This document shows, piece after piece, positions 31,001 through 40,276 of a stretch of DNA of 64,000 nt. The first letter of the stretch is position 1. Every line of letters starts with the position of its first letter. A program made the translations under genes and the position numbers. The notes beneath the pieces are model-generated. The model did no database searches. It saw only the letters and a program-made list of their open reading frames with translations, and had not been told where the DNA came from. The DNA comes from Polyangia bacterium (GTDB taxonomy: Bacteria; Myxococcota_A; Polyangia; JAAYKL01), in contig JBNKCR010000018.1 of assembly GCA_050287845.1 (NCBI GenBank), forward strand, positions 10,834 to 74,833. Direction: 5' to 3'.

Positions 31001-31685
31001 TCATCGGCGGGTCAGCGGTGATGTGACATACGGAATACTCTCTGTCATGCACTGGCAATGAGGGGCGACCACCGCCACCTTCCAGCGCTTGGGGCCAGAC
31101 ATCCAGACGCCTCAGCGCTTCAACAGATTGCTGTCCCTTTCTATCCGCACCAAATGTTCCCGCGATGGTCCAGGAGGTGATGCAGCCGGTACTTGCCAGT
31201 ACTGCAGCAGATTCCCCGGGATTCCCGCTGTTCTGGAGAAATGAAAAATGCAGGGTTTTCAGTTGAAACACGGCTTCTGGCGCCAACTCGCCAGGACGGT
31301 TGGACCAGCTGGTGAGCCATGGTGTGAGGCGGTCTTCGAAATCCCGGACCCTGTTGCGGATTTCCACAATCGCCACAGCCGCCGCCAGACCTTCCCAATG
31401 AAGCGCCCTGGATTTTCGCGCCGCTTCCACCGTCTCGATATAGCGCTCCAGTGCCAACTCCGGTCGGCCGGTGTCATTATATACAGTGGCGAGCAGAAAC
31501 CGGTCTCCGGGGGTGTCGCGTTTTATCAGCTTCTGTTCGAGGTCGGCATCCTCTATGTCTGAGAAATACAGCGGCAAGACTTTTTCAGACAACGTTTTTG
31601 AATGCTTCAACCCTGATGCGCACCCGCAACAGAGCAGAAGGGGGGAAAGAATTATCCATACTGATTTCAGAGTTTGTTTCATCAT
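28032..31685 (-). CDS. TPR + DUF3857 + degenerate transglutaminase-like lipoprotein
   Basis: Lipobox CCGC, TPR-like helices, LPHLAVGDFIEF (DUF3857-like), AIYNWIMTNI. RRRGNR replaces the GDC motif. Confidence 0.7.
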   Translation of the reverse strand: MMKQTLKSVWIILSPLLLCCGCASGLKHSKTLSEKVLPLYFSDIEDADLEQKLIKRDTPGDRFLLATVYNDTGRPELALERYIETVEAARKSRALHWEGLAAAVAIVEIRNRVRDFEDRLTPWLTSWSNRPGELAPEAVFQLKTLHFSFLQNSGNPGESAAVLASTGCITSWTIAGTFGADRKGQQSVEALRRLDVWPQALEGGGGRPSLPVHDREYSVCHITADPPMNQFSGTVVARTTIRADQSGTFYFRLHGTADMRVWINGHEAWAQRSEARWLPENRWFSVPLIQGVHEVRIEAYSPEYTPAFSLSVLTDGMEAVASGTVWRLSAHHTAPGATHTMPVPVPQTESATLAKMQYDIWNVDPVSWLNPRVPRKHVVARLQLRRAEYELMTPFNAFETGMENARSLYRGALEQNAHFARAAVFLAEHEQRNGRTADAIAMLEQAIATVPTEPILYFTLLDYYRDNQWKKSAHHTLDELKKLVGANCAVHNWEYALALGDENYDLAERASRNISQCAAASSVFATELARNGKFSEAANRIRQIAALQPDNLDLQLNVASTLSNAGHLQKSISKLEETASKFPLDIQTQILLLDAYLAAGEVKKARKICGRMTLWPMNPDFFNTCELVTGKSAIESYRIDGLQTIRAHLAENPDVSTDFAWILDRMVYLVDDFGSGMQLTHWIGKVNSVDAVDTHGELDVPPGAEILTARVIKPNLEILYPTSVEYKSSISLPHLAVGDFIEFESLTHAPPHSIFPGGFDTEPFFFRDFQSTFVRSELIVVAPAGARMQYDIRGNAPQPEENHFDGIQTVTFRARNIPPLSSEPSAPDPVEYLPSVRVTANASMNEYCQWLNRQLHGKSQPDPEIIRFINTHILRDVGPDPDAKAAAIYNWIMTNIADDMQWFEPASHIFSRRRGNRARLFVYMARLSGLTAELGIASTPWDDSTQANVAQLNRYTVPVVKLSDNRWISLDQKYGPIGLIPTHLRNQSTLLPQSCSIEKMDKGQIPEDETTVDASLKVSVDGNATGTVTLSLKGDEAAYLREELQKPSSQRRKLIETHLLSGYFPEAVLNTYTIRNESALQEPLIVECNIDVPDIVQFTDDGQHLNLPLSVDFTQFSSGESSRMLPLVLAAYQKTRRIVHISLPSSMKVKKTPQDACIRITTPQAGYCQQFSQGNQQLTVEMTADIHIDRVSPEHYSDYQQFLRTTEHMNSGQIDIR

Positions 31686-34600
31686 GGCCGTTCATTCCGG
31701 AGATGGAGAGTAATCTGTCGGCGTTCCATGGCATCGATTTTCAGAATAAAATCCATAAATGCATTGTACTGCTCTGGCAGCACAACCTGTTGCCTGAAAA
31801 TCAAGGAACGGGTCACCGCAGCGCCTTCCGGGGTGGCACGGACGATTCGGCGATAAACGCCAAACTCGGATTCCATCACCAATTCACCAACTGGAATTCT
31901 GGCTGTCATTTCTTTGGGAACAACGTATTGCACGTCGAGCGAACTCGTTCTGGCCGGTCCGAGAACAAGAGGATGAACCCGCTTTTTCAGTTGAGCATAC
32001 TTGCGTTTCAGATAGAGCGGCGGAAGCAGGCGAAAGGTGGCGACATTTTTATTGATGTGGCAGAAATTTGCGACCGATGCGTCAAAATGGATTTCCGGGG
32101 GCGCCTCCAGGTCATTCATCAAACGGAAATCCGCACGATCCACATGAAGTCCAGGATACTTTTCAGTGAACTGTTCCTCCAGTATATCGCGGTTCTGAGC
32201 CGTGGAATAATTTTTGCGCAGCCATGGCGCAAACAATGGGCCACGAGCGATGATGTCTGTCGTCATTTTCATGCTGCAGTCCGATTCAATCCGCAGCACT
32301 GACGATTCGTTGAAAACCGACTGGGTTTCGCCGGTCACTGGCGTTTTACGCAGCGCCACTTCAGTGGTTCCGATAACCAGCGCACTGATACCCTGATCTT
32401 CAAATGGCAAATCTCCGGTTCCGTGAAACGTTGCGGTGCCATCCAGCCACAAATCATCATCCGGCAAGTAGGCAATGGCATGATTGAACAATGCCAGCGA
32501 CGGATACTTCATCTTGAGTTCTCCGGCGGAACGCGTTCGAACCAGAGCGAGATGAGCTCTGATGCCTGCTTCCCTCAACATGGCTACCAGAAGAGAGGCG
32601 GTATCTTTGCAGTCTCCGAATCCCCGGGCAAGCACCCGGGGGGTACTGTAGGGTTTGTACCCATGAATGCCGAATTCCAGTCCCACATACCGGATGTTGG
32701 TGGTGACCCAGTTGTAAATAGCCGCTATCTTCTGTTTTTTACTTTTCAGTTTTGCGGTGAGTTCCCTGACCAGTTGCTGAACCGCGTCTCCTCCCAGCAG
32801 TTGTGGGCGAATCAGATCTCGATACCACCGTTCCATATCGGTGAAGGATTCCCAGGACGTTGCATGAATCACCTTTACCAGTGACATGCTTCCCGGTATA
32901 CCGGGCTCTTCGGGGATGGCTGGCAGGTCGCTGGCAGTATATACATTTGTGACAGTGCTGCTATTTTGTATCACCCGTGGCGGCGCAAGGAAATCCGCTT
33001 CAATCCGAATATTGAAATCCGCAGGACGTATCAGTACAAACTGAAACTGCTCCACCGGCATGTCTCCATTGACTGGCACAATCGCACCGAAGTACCGGCC
33101 GAACATGCGCTCTCTCCGGATGTCATCAATCCGAAACTGATACTCCACAACGTCACCAATTGCAGGTTTGGGCACTTCAATCACTTCGGCGTCAATATCG
33201 TAGTACAGACGATACCAGGGTTCTGAAACCGGGAATGTACCGCGTGCTGTGGCTTCAAGTGTCCGTCCATCCGCGCGGTACAGTCGTGCTTTCTGAATAC
33301 GGACAGACTGATCTGATGAAAACTGCTCACTGTATTGTTGCCATTGTCGCGCTCCATCTTCAGTGGCAATAGCCACCGCCACCTGGGTCACGGTGGAGGA
33401 CAACCCGGATGCATGGACCCGCGTGATGGTATTGTTCACCAGGTAGCAGTCCTTCCGTTGCTGCAGACAGCGTTCCTTCCGCTTTTTCAACTCCGTTTCC
33501 CCGATGAGATACGGCGTGTCAAAAGAATCAGAAGGACGTAGATGTTCAAGCAGGTCGCGCAGTGCTTTATCGCCCGGATTCTGCTGAAGTGCTTCGCGGT
33601 AATGACGGATTGCCAGTGCTTCATTGGTTTTGAGGTAGTATTCTCCCGCAAGTTTCCGGAACTCACTTACTCCCGGCGCCTCCAGGAGTAGAGCACTCAA
33701 TAATTTTTCCTGTGCGTGACCAGGAGCCGCCATTCGCAGACGCAACAGCTCAGTCAGCATCTCCACGGGGGGAGCGCCAATTTTTTTCCACTGCGCCAGA
33801 ACAGCCCGGGATCTGGATTCCATTCCTTTGCCTGTGATGTGAAGTTTGCGCAAATGAATGCTGAAGTCTGAATACGCCGATTCGATGGCGTTTGAAAAAA
33901 TTTGCGTTGAGTAGATGTCAGCAACTGTTCCCACCAAACTTTCGGCTGCACATTGTTTTTCCATGGGGGTCGCGTCCGGTCGACTCAATTCATTTCGCAG
34001 TTTCCGGGCCGATTCCGGCAGGGTATGGGCGTACAGCCCGAGCAGTGCACAGCGGGCTTCTGGCTGGGATGGATTCTTTTTCAATATCTTCTGGAGCCGC
34101 ACGATATTCTCCCGGTCGGGTCGGGTATCCAGACTCAACAGCAACAGTTGTATCGCCGCGACGTTCCGGGAGGCGTCATCTATGTTCACTTGACGGTACG
34201 CCTGTCTTTTTTCGTTTACATCATCGGAGAGGGACGCCCATGTTTTGCATGGGGAGAGGGTTCCCAACGTTTCACACGCGGTCTGGGCGGCATCTTTTAC
34301 TTCGGTATCTTTACCAACGCTTCCTGTAAGTTGCGCGTATTCAGCATAATTGCCCAGATGGGTGGGGCGCACATTTCTTTTCCCGGGACGGGGACGCAAC
34401 ATGTCGAGCAATGTACGATGTGGTACGATGGCTGTCCGGATGTGGTCGTAGGTTCTGAATCCCTGTGCCTGCGATGAAACCGAATGCAGGGGCTCGCCCG
34501 ATGGCGAGAGAATTCGAGCGAAGAATTCTGACGTTCCCGATTCATTGCTGCAAATCTTTACCGTGAGAAGATTTTCTCCAGCAGGCAGATTCAATGGGAC

Positions 34601-35287
34601 GTCGTGACGATTGATGTCAGCCCGATACCAGTTTGTATCTTCGAGTATCAGGGTGTCGTTCAAGAAAACCCGGGCCTGACCGCCCGCACCGAACAACAGG
34701 TGATGACGACCGCCCCGGGGGGATGCCACGGTGGTCTGCGCCATGACACAGATATTTTCTGTTGCTGAGAACACCGACTCAAATGTTACTTTCCCCAGTC
34801 GTCGCGTCAGCCAGCTCGATGGAAATACACATGGTGCATCGATTTCAGATGGTACGCAATTGGGCGATATTTCCGGTTGGCTCATATGATAAGCGCTGGA
34901 AAGAAACTTCTCGGTCAGTCCGATGGATGACTCATTGGGAAACGGACCTGTGATTTGCCAATCGGTTAAAAAACCCATATCCGCAACCGCGGCATTGGCT
35001 TTTGCTGGGTGGCCGGTGAGCAGATTCAGTTTGGCCAACAAGTATTGGATGCGCGTCCTGGCAGCCGGATGCAGTCCTTTCAGTTGCATTGTTCCTGTCA
35101 GCACCTGATGGATCATGTCTTTTCCAACTATTGGATATTCTTCGAAAATTTTCAAAACGTACAGGTCAGCGAATCGGGACCCGGGGGAGAGTGCAAGCAT
35201 TTCAGCGGGGCGGGATTCCCCGCGAGCCGACGCGACACTGCCGACGAACGGGATGAGTATGATCAGAAAAATAATAAAATGTTTCAT
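31682..35287 (-). CDS. Exported DUF3857 + transglutaminase-like protein with TPRs
   Basis: Signal peptide MKHFIIFLII, IGDVVEY, IYNWVTTNIRYVGLEFG, triad GDCKD / FNHAI / WLDGT. Confidence 0.85.
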   Translation of the reverse strand: MKHFIIFLIILIPFVGSVASARGESRPAEMLALSPGSRFADLYVLKIFEEYPIVGKDMIHQVLTGTMQLKGLHPAARTRIQYLLAKLNLLTGHPAKANAAVADMGFLTDWQITGPFPNESSIGLTEKFLSSAYHMSQPEISPNCVPSEIDAPCVFPSSWLTRRLGKVTFESVFSATENICVMAQTTVASPRGGRHHLLFGAGGQARVFLNDTLILEDTNWYRADINRHDVPLNLPAGENLLTVKICSNESGTSEFFARILSPSGEPLHSVSSQAQGFRTYDHIRTAIVPHRTLLDMLRPRPGKRNVRPTHLGNYAEYAQLTGSVGKDTEVKDAAQTACETLGTLSPCKTWASLSDDVNEKRQAYRQVNIDDASRNVAAIQLLLLSLDTRPDRENIVRLQKILKKNPSQPEARCALLGLYAHTLPESARKLRNELSRPDATPMEKQCAAESLVGTVADIYSTQIFSNAIESAYSDFSIHLRKLHITGKGMESRSRAVLAQWKKIGAPPVEMLTELLRLRMAAPGHAQEKLLSALLLEAPGVSEFRKLAGEYYLKTNEALAIRHYREALQQNPGDKALRDLLEHLRPSDSFDTPYLIGETELKKRKERCLQQRKDCYLVNNTITRVHASGLSSTVTQVAVAIATEDGARQWQQYSEQFSSDQSVRIQKARLYRADGRTLEATARGTFPVSEPWYRLYYDIDAEVIEVPKPAIGDVVEYQFRIDDIRRERMFGRYFGAIVPVNGDMPVEQFQFVLIRPADFNIRIEADFLAPPRVIQNSSTVTNVYTASDLPAIPEEPGIPGSMSLVKVIHATSWESFTDMERWYRDLIRPQLLGGDAVQQLVRELTAKLKSKKQKIAAIYNWVTTNIRYVGLEFGIHGYKPYSTPRVLARGFGDCKDTASLLVAMLREAGIRAHLALVRTRSAGELKMKYPSLALFNHAIAYLPDDDLWLDGTATFHGTGDLPFEDQGISALVIGTTEVALRKTPVTGETQSVFNESSVLRIESDCSMKMTTDIIARGPLFAPWLRKNYSTAQNRDILEEQFTEKYPGLHVDRADFRLMNDLEAPPEIHFDASVANFCHINKNVATFRLLPPLYLKRKYAQLKKRVHPLVLGPARTSSLDVQYVVPKEMTARIPVGELVMESEFGVYRRIVRATPEGAAVTRSLIFRQQVVLPEQYNAFMDFILKIDAMERRQITLHLRNERP

Positions 35288-35573
35288 TGCTGGCAAGTAT
35301 ATGAGGCTGCTGTTGAAAAGCAAATTGCATCTGCTGCAGACAATGGCGAATGATGTGATTTTGACGGGTATATCCCATTTCTTTTTTCTGCAATGCATTC
35401 TATTCTGATGACATCCGGCGACGACCGAAGTTCCCGAGCAACCGCTGGATTGCGAAACGCCTGAGACTGACACATTGAAATTCCCGCTATTCAAACCACC
35501 CCGGCAGGTTGAATTTCGGGGAAACAATGTGGTAGGACCGGTTCGATAAATTCTCGAAAAAAAGGAATCCCCC

Positions 35574-36263
35574 ATGAAACCATGGATTAAAATCGATGAA
35601 AAGCAGACTGCCGATGGCATGCTTCAGCTGATGCGCCGGGGAAAAAAGGATTTCATTATCAAACTGGATAACCAGATTCTGATGAACAGCCATCTCAGTT
35701 TGACTGAGCAGGCGCTGGCGACCAGTGCTGTCGGTCGATTGCAGAATCCGAACGGTGCGCGGATTCTGATTAGCGGGCTGGGAATGGGGTACACGCTTAA
35801 GTCGGCATTAGATGTATTACCATCAAGGTGCAGCGTTACCGTAGCGGAACTCAATCCCATTGTTGTTGAGTGGTGCAGGGGAGAACTGGGATCACTGACG
35901 GAATACCCGCTGAATGACCATCGGGTGAGGGTAGTCACCGGCGATGTGAAGGAAGTTATCATGGATGCTGCCTATCTCGCCCAAAATCCGTTCGACGCCA
36001 TTATTCTGGACCTCTACGAAGGAACTTCGGAAGCCAATTTCGATGATATGCACGACCACTACGGTCTGGAAGCATTGCAGCGAACAAAGGACGCCCTGAA
36101 AAACAACGGTGTGCTGGCGGTGTGGACCGAGGGCGAGGACCGGGGATTTGAAAGACGCCTTGGACGCGCCGGGTTTACTGTTGAACAGACCCGTCCCGGC
36201 AAGGGTGGACCGCGTCATGTGGTCTATGTTGCGGCAAAGAAATCGAACCGTCGGGGCAAATGA
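35574..36263 (+). CDS. Spermidine-synthase-like SAM-dependent transferase
   Basis: ILMNS, ILISGLGMGYT, VAELNP, FDAIILD, GVLAVW. Confidence 0.8.
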   Translation: MKPWIKIDEKQTADGMLQLMRRGKKDFIIKLDNQILMNSHLSLTEQALATSAVGRLQNPNGARILISGLGMGYTLKSALDVLPSRCSVTVAELNPIVVEWCRGELGSLTEYPLNDHRVRVVTGDVKEVIMDAAYLAQNPFDAIILDLYEGTSEANFDDMHDHYGLEALQRTKDALKNNGVLAVWTEGEDRGFERRLGRAGFTVEQTRPGKGGPRHVVYVAAKKSNRRGK

Positions 36264-36422
36264 ATCTCACCGGCAACGTGTTGTATATATTTAACTTATG
36301 ACCACCTCTTACAAGTTGAGTGTCGGTTTTTTTTGTGGCGTGTTTATTTTTTCGCTTTAAATAAAAGTTGAATAACACAAATACATCGTTTGCTATTGAA
36401 CAACATAGGAAAGGGCAGCATC

Positions 36423-37109
36423 ATGTCACACGATCTGAGTCTCCAGTCAATGCCTTTGGTTTTTGCATTTATTCTACTTGTCAGTTGTTCCGCAGTGCGC
36501 TCTCCCATTCAACAGGTGCCGGTCAAAAGTCGTCAAACGATAGAAGAGACAGATGGCCGTGCTGTGGCCGTTCGCCTGACACAGGCGACCACCGTGGCAG
36601 GCATTTCTGTGCCCGCGGGATCAATCATGCGACAGACCAGCGATACGCAGTGCAGTGTATTTCCGGCGGAGACAGTATTGATTGGCAACGTACAGATTCC
36701 GGCGGCGTCAGAAATTGAACTGGTGTTGTCCGGAGATGTGTATGCGTGGAATGGTATGGTGAAGGTGGGGGACACCACAACGTATCATGAACTAAACCTG
36801 GCGGCAGGCGATACAATACGTTTTACTGGAGATTTGGCGGTTCAACCCATTCTGGCGCAGCTACGTCTGGGGTCGCACAGGGAATTTGCGGGTCAGTGGT
36901 ATCCTGCACAGACCGTTATTCATCTGGATGCAAACCGAAAAGTCGTGCAGATATCGCCCTCTTTGCCTCTGGATGCGCTGACGACGCAACAGGAATCGTA
37001 CTGGAAACAGAAAGCAGAGCACGAATCGCGGTGCGTTGAGATCTGTGCCAACCATAAAAAGAAATCTCCCGAGCACAAGAGCTGCATGGAATATTGCATG
37101 AACCGATAA
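36423..37109 (+). CDS. Hypothetical lipoprotein with beta-rich internal repeats
   Basis: Lipobox LVSC; repeated G-x-x-x-P-A-G-S/T-like units; C-terminal CxxxC...CxxxC. Confidence 0.55.
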   Translation: MSHDLSLQSMPLVFAFILLVSCSAVRSPIQQVPVKSRQTIEETDGRAVAVRLTQATTVAGISVPAGSIMRQTSDTQCSVFPAETVLIGNVQIPAASEIELVLSGDVYAWNGMVKVGDTTTYHELNLAAGDTIRFTGDLAVQPILAQLRLGSHREFAGQWYPAQTVIHLDANRKVVQISPSLPLDALTTQQESYWKQKAEHESRCVEICANHKKKSPEHKSCMEYCMNR

Positions 37110-37208
37110 TTCATGGACGGACCAGCTTTGTCAACGAAGACGCTACAGGTATATTGACCAGTGATTCTGGCAATTTTCGAGTTACAACCAAAAAAAGAAG
37201 CGCCCCGC

Positions 37209-37235
37209 TCAAGAACCCATCCGGAATGCCGACAT
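37209..37235 (+). promoter_or_regulatory. Sigma28 (FliA)-type promoter of the flaG-fliD-fliS operon
   Basis: TCAAG-N14-GCCGACAT upstream of late flagellar genes (consensus TAAA/TCAAG...GCCGATAA). Confidence 0.6.
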
Positions 37236-37392
37236 AACAAGTGTAGTCATGGAAGATAAATTCAGGCTGCACAGTGTACGAATATCTGACGCCTCTTCCA
37301 TGTATTGCCGTTGACAACAATTGGCGCGGGAACAGGATGAACATTCCACCGCGCCGACTATCCGGACGGAACCGGATAAGTGAGGTGGTAAG

Positions 37393-37740
37393 ATGCCAAA
37401 TACAAAAACGATTGCGGGAATCCAGCGCGGGCCGGACTTTGAACGGGAAGTTCACGAAGTTCATCATGTGAAACGGCTTGATAACGAGGTGAAGAACAAC
37501 TCTAAAGCGGAGGTGAATGAGCCACTTATCAAGGCAGCGGTAGACGCGGGAAAGGAGGTTGCGTCTTCGATGGGACAATGGGTGGACGTGACCTATGACC
37601 GGGAGAATGAGATGATCATCATGAAAATCCGAGATATTAACGGAGACGAAGTGGTGCGTCAGATTCCCCCGGAGGAAATGATTCGAACCGCTCAGAGAGT
37701 CAAACAGCAGCAGTCGCAGTTTCTGAACAGTGTGGTTTGA
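37393..37740 (+). CDS. flaG: Flagellar protein FlaG
   Basis: GDEVVRQIPPEEM motif; directly upstream of fliD. Confidence 0.88.
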   Translation: MPNTKTIAGIQRGPDFEREVHEVHHVKRLDNEVKNNSKAEVNEPLIKAAVDAGKEVASSMGQWVDVTYDRENEMIIMKIRDINGDEVVRQIPPEEMIRTAQRVKQQQSQFLNSVV

Positions 37741-37769
37741 AGACGTTTTACAGATAAGGAGCAGCTAAC

Positions 37770-39071
37770 ATGGGAATCACATTCTCGGGAATCGCTTCCG
37801 GTATTGATACCGGCGCCATCGTTGAGTCGTTTGTTTATTCGGAACGGGCGCCGATCCGTGCCATGGAAGCGCAGAAAAAGGACTACAACAGTCAGCTGGA
37901 TAATGTTCGTACGCTGAACTCCAGGATGCAGGCGCTTCAGAAGACCATGCAGGGACTGAGCAGCATCGGCGATTTTCTGTCTTTTTCTGCGGAATACTCG
38001 GAGAAAGATGCCATGTCGGTGTCAGCCAATGGCGACGCATCACCCGGTGTGTACACCGTCAACGTGGACCGGCTGGCTAGAGCGGAAAGAGACTATTCCA
38101 CCGCAACCTTCAGCAGCAAGGACACGAAGGGAGTCGCCGGTACCGGGACGCTTTCAATCACAGTTGGCGCCAATGACGCCGTGGATATTGATGTTACCGA
38201 TTCGATGACACTTGAAGATATTGTTAATAAGATCAACGGATCGGAAGCCGAGGTGTCCGCAAGTCTCGTATTCGATGGCAGTGAATATCACGTGCAGATT
38301 TCAGGGTCAAAGACCGGAACAGTGGCTGAGGCCGGCATTTCATTCGGTGAAAGTGGCACCTTGAACTTCGGATTTGCGGAGTACCAGGGGGCGCAGGACG
38401 CCCAGATGACCATTGATGGGATTACTGTCAGCAGTTCAACCAATACGTTCGAGGATGTCCTCACCGGAGTCACTATTAATATTAATGAAGAGACGACGGA
38501 TTCATTTCAGATGGAAATCAAGGCGGACAACTCCAGCATCAAAGAAACGTTGGAGGGCTTTGTCGACAGTTATAATGAAATTCTGGGGCTGGTGAAAAAG
38601 GATACCACATCGAATTCAACGTTGCGTTCACTGCGATTACAGATGGGGACAATGATTGCCAATGCGCTTGGGGATGTGGGGGGCACCTACACCGCTTTAT
38701 CTCAAATTGGAATTTCGACCAACAATGACGGCACTTTGAAGCTGGATGGGTCTGATTTGGAAGACGCCCTTGCCCGGGATACGCGAGGTGTGGCTCAACT
38801 TTTCTCCGGAAGTGACGATGGTACTGTCGATGGGATGGGGGATTTGCTCGATGAGTTTATCGATCGGTATGTGTCCAGTGTGGATGGCGTGCTGAAAACT
38901 CAGGAAAGTGGTCTGCAGAGAATGATCACCAATATCGACGATTCCATATTGCAGGCAGAAGATCGGGTGACGGCTTACGAGCAGGGTCTTACGACCAAAT
39001 TCACTGCGATGGAAATCAGTATGAACGAGCTGCAGTCTCAGATGAGCTATATGAACATGATGGGCTTTTAA
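37770..39071 (+). CDS. fliD: Flagellar filament cap protein
   Basis: FSGIASGIDTGAIV, AQDA..TIDG, LSQIGI...DGTLKLD, KFTAME. Confidence 0.95.
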   Translation: MGITFSGIASGIDTGAIVESFVYSERAPIRAMEAQKKDYNSQLDNVRTLNSRMQALQKTMQGLSSIGDFLSFSAEYSEKDAMSVSANGDASPGVYTVNVDRLARAERDYSTATFSSKDTKGVAGTGTLSITVGANDAVDIDVTDSMTLEDIVNKINGSEAEVSASLVFDGSEYHVQISGSKTGTVAEAGISFGESGTLNFGFAEYQGAQDAQMTIDGITVSSSTNTFEDVLTGVTININEETTDSFQMEIKADNSSIKETLEGFVDSYNEILGLVKKDTTSNSTLRSLRLQMGTMIANALGDVGGTYTALSQIGISTNNDGTLKLDGSDLEDALARDTRGVAQLFSGSDDGTVDGMGDLLDEFIDRYVSSVDGVLKTQESGLQRMITNIDDSILQAEDRVTAYEQGLTTKFTAMEISMNELQSQMSYMNMMGF

Positions 39072-39096
39072 CTGAATTTCGACGAGGAGATGCTGT

Positions 39097-39522
39097 ATGC
39101 AAAATCTAATGGGGTATCGGCAACAGGCGTACAAGAAAGTGCATGTGGAGACCGCCAATCCGGGACGCGTTCTGCTTCAATTGTACGATGCCGCAATTCG
39201 CTTTGTTGAACAGGCGCAGGTTCAGATTGATTCAGGTCAGGCAGGCCCCAAAGGAGAAAGTCTACGAAAGGCCCATGCAATTGTTGCAGAGTTCATTAAT
39301 GCGCTCGATCATCAGATGTCTCCGCAACTGTGCTCCAATCTGGAGCAGATTTATGGTTTCATGCTGGAGAAGATGGCAGAGGCAAATGTGAACATGGATT
39401 CCGGCGCGCTGGTGCCGGTTCTCAAGCATTTGCGGGAAATGCGCGGCACCTGGCAAATCGCAGTGGATCAGTCCGTGGCGGAGTCATCTGCAAACACGGG
39501 CGGCATCGGAAGCGCACTATGA
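39097..39522 (+). CDS. fliS: Flagellin export chaperone
   Basis: VETANP..LLQLYDAAI, KAHAIV.E...ALD, NLEQIY.FM, MRGTW. Confidence 0.92.
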   Translation: MQNLMGYRQQAYKKVHVETANPGRVLLQLYDAAIRFVEQAQVQIDSGQAGPKGESLRKAHAIVAEFINALDHQMSPQLCSNLEQIYGFMLEKMAEANVNMDSGALVPVLKHLREMRGTWQIAVDQSVAESSANTGGIGSAL

Positions 39523-39944
39523 ACCAGCACGCCATATTAAAAACATTAAAAGACTGGCTGGCCAATCTTGAGTCGATGAACCGACTTCCCGTCCGCTTTT
39601 CGGAGGATCAACAAACTATTGACGCCCGTCTCGCTGAGCGTCAACAAATTATTGACTCCCTTCAGCTTCTTGACGGTAAGCTGACGGAAATCCGAGCTCT
39701 CCGGGCATCCAAATGGACTGATTTTTCCCCTTCAACAGTAAAAAAATTTGAACGTTTGATTCAAAAAGGCAATGTGATTTTAGCTACTTGCGCAGCGAGA
39801 GACAAGGAAAGCCTTGATATTGCAACGAATTTGCGAAAAGAGGTTTCCGGCAACATATCTAACCTACGAAAATCAAAGGGATATCTCGTAACATCCCACG
39901 TGGTCAAAAAGTCCTCCTCGGTCATCGTCGACAGTCACGCATAA
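39519..39944 (+). CDS. Helical protein in the FliT position (FliT/FlgN-like)
   Basis: ATGA overlap with fliS; LAERQQIIDSLQ helix. Call rests mainly on synteny. Confidence 0.55.
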   Translation: MNQHAILKTLKDWLANLESMNRLPVRFSEDQQTIDARLAERQQIIDSLQLLDGKLTEIRALRASKWTDFSPSTVKKFERLIQKGNVILATCAARDKESLDIATNLRKEVSGNISNLRKSKGYLVTSHVVKKSSSVIVDSHA

Positions 39945-39947
39945 AAC

Positions 39948-39962
39948 TGGCATCGCTTTTGC
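39948..39962 (+). promoter_or_regulatory. Sigma54 -24/-12 promoter upstream of flagellin
   Basis: TGGCAT-CGCTT-TTGC, near-consensus (TGGCAC-N5-TTGC), just after the upstream stop codon. Confidence 0.65.
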
Positions 39963-40276
39963 GATAACACCTGTCAGGCCAATGAATGGCAGGTGAAAAG
40001 TGACTGAAACTCAATTAGCAAAAAAAGAAAATAGAAAGAAAGCGGACGTTGTTCTCAAAGAGAGATTCATTCGCAGGGACAACCGTGAGTATCCCGGCAA
40101 CAGTGTCTTTCTCGCGGATCCTGATGAGATAATCGCTCAACTGTCCGCTCACTTCATGCTGAACAGGCTGAACAGTTGCGTCCTGCCCGCTGGCGTTGAT
40201 GACGCAGAGTCAGACGATTTGCCGCGTTTCCAACAATCGCATAGGGACGGGCTTCAAGTACCCAAGGAGGGATAAG

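Noticed and set aside
35288-35620. N-terminal extension of the 1312-aa ORF
   Set aside because: The signal peptide starts at 35287, and the extension overlaps the divergent gene.
40113-40150. CTGATGAG inside a GCGGA/TCCGC stem, resembling a hammerhead ribozyme core
   Set aside because: No GAAA follows the putative stem II and there is no third stem.
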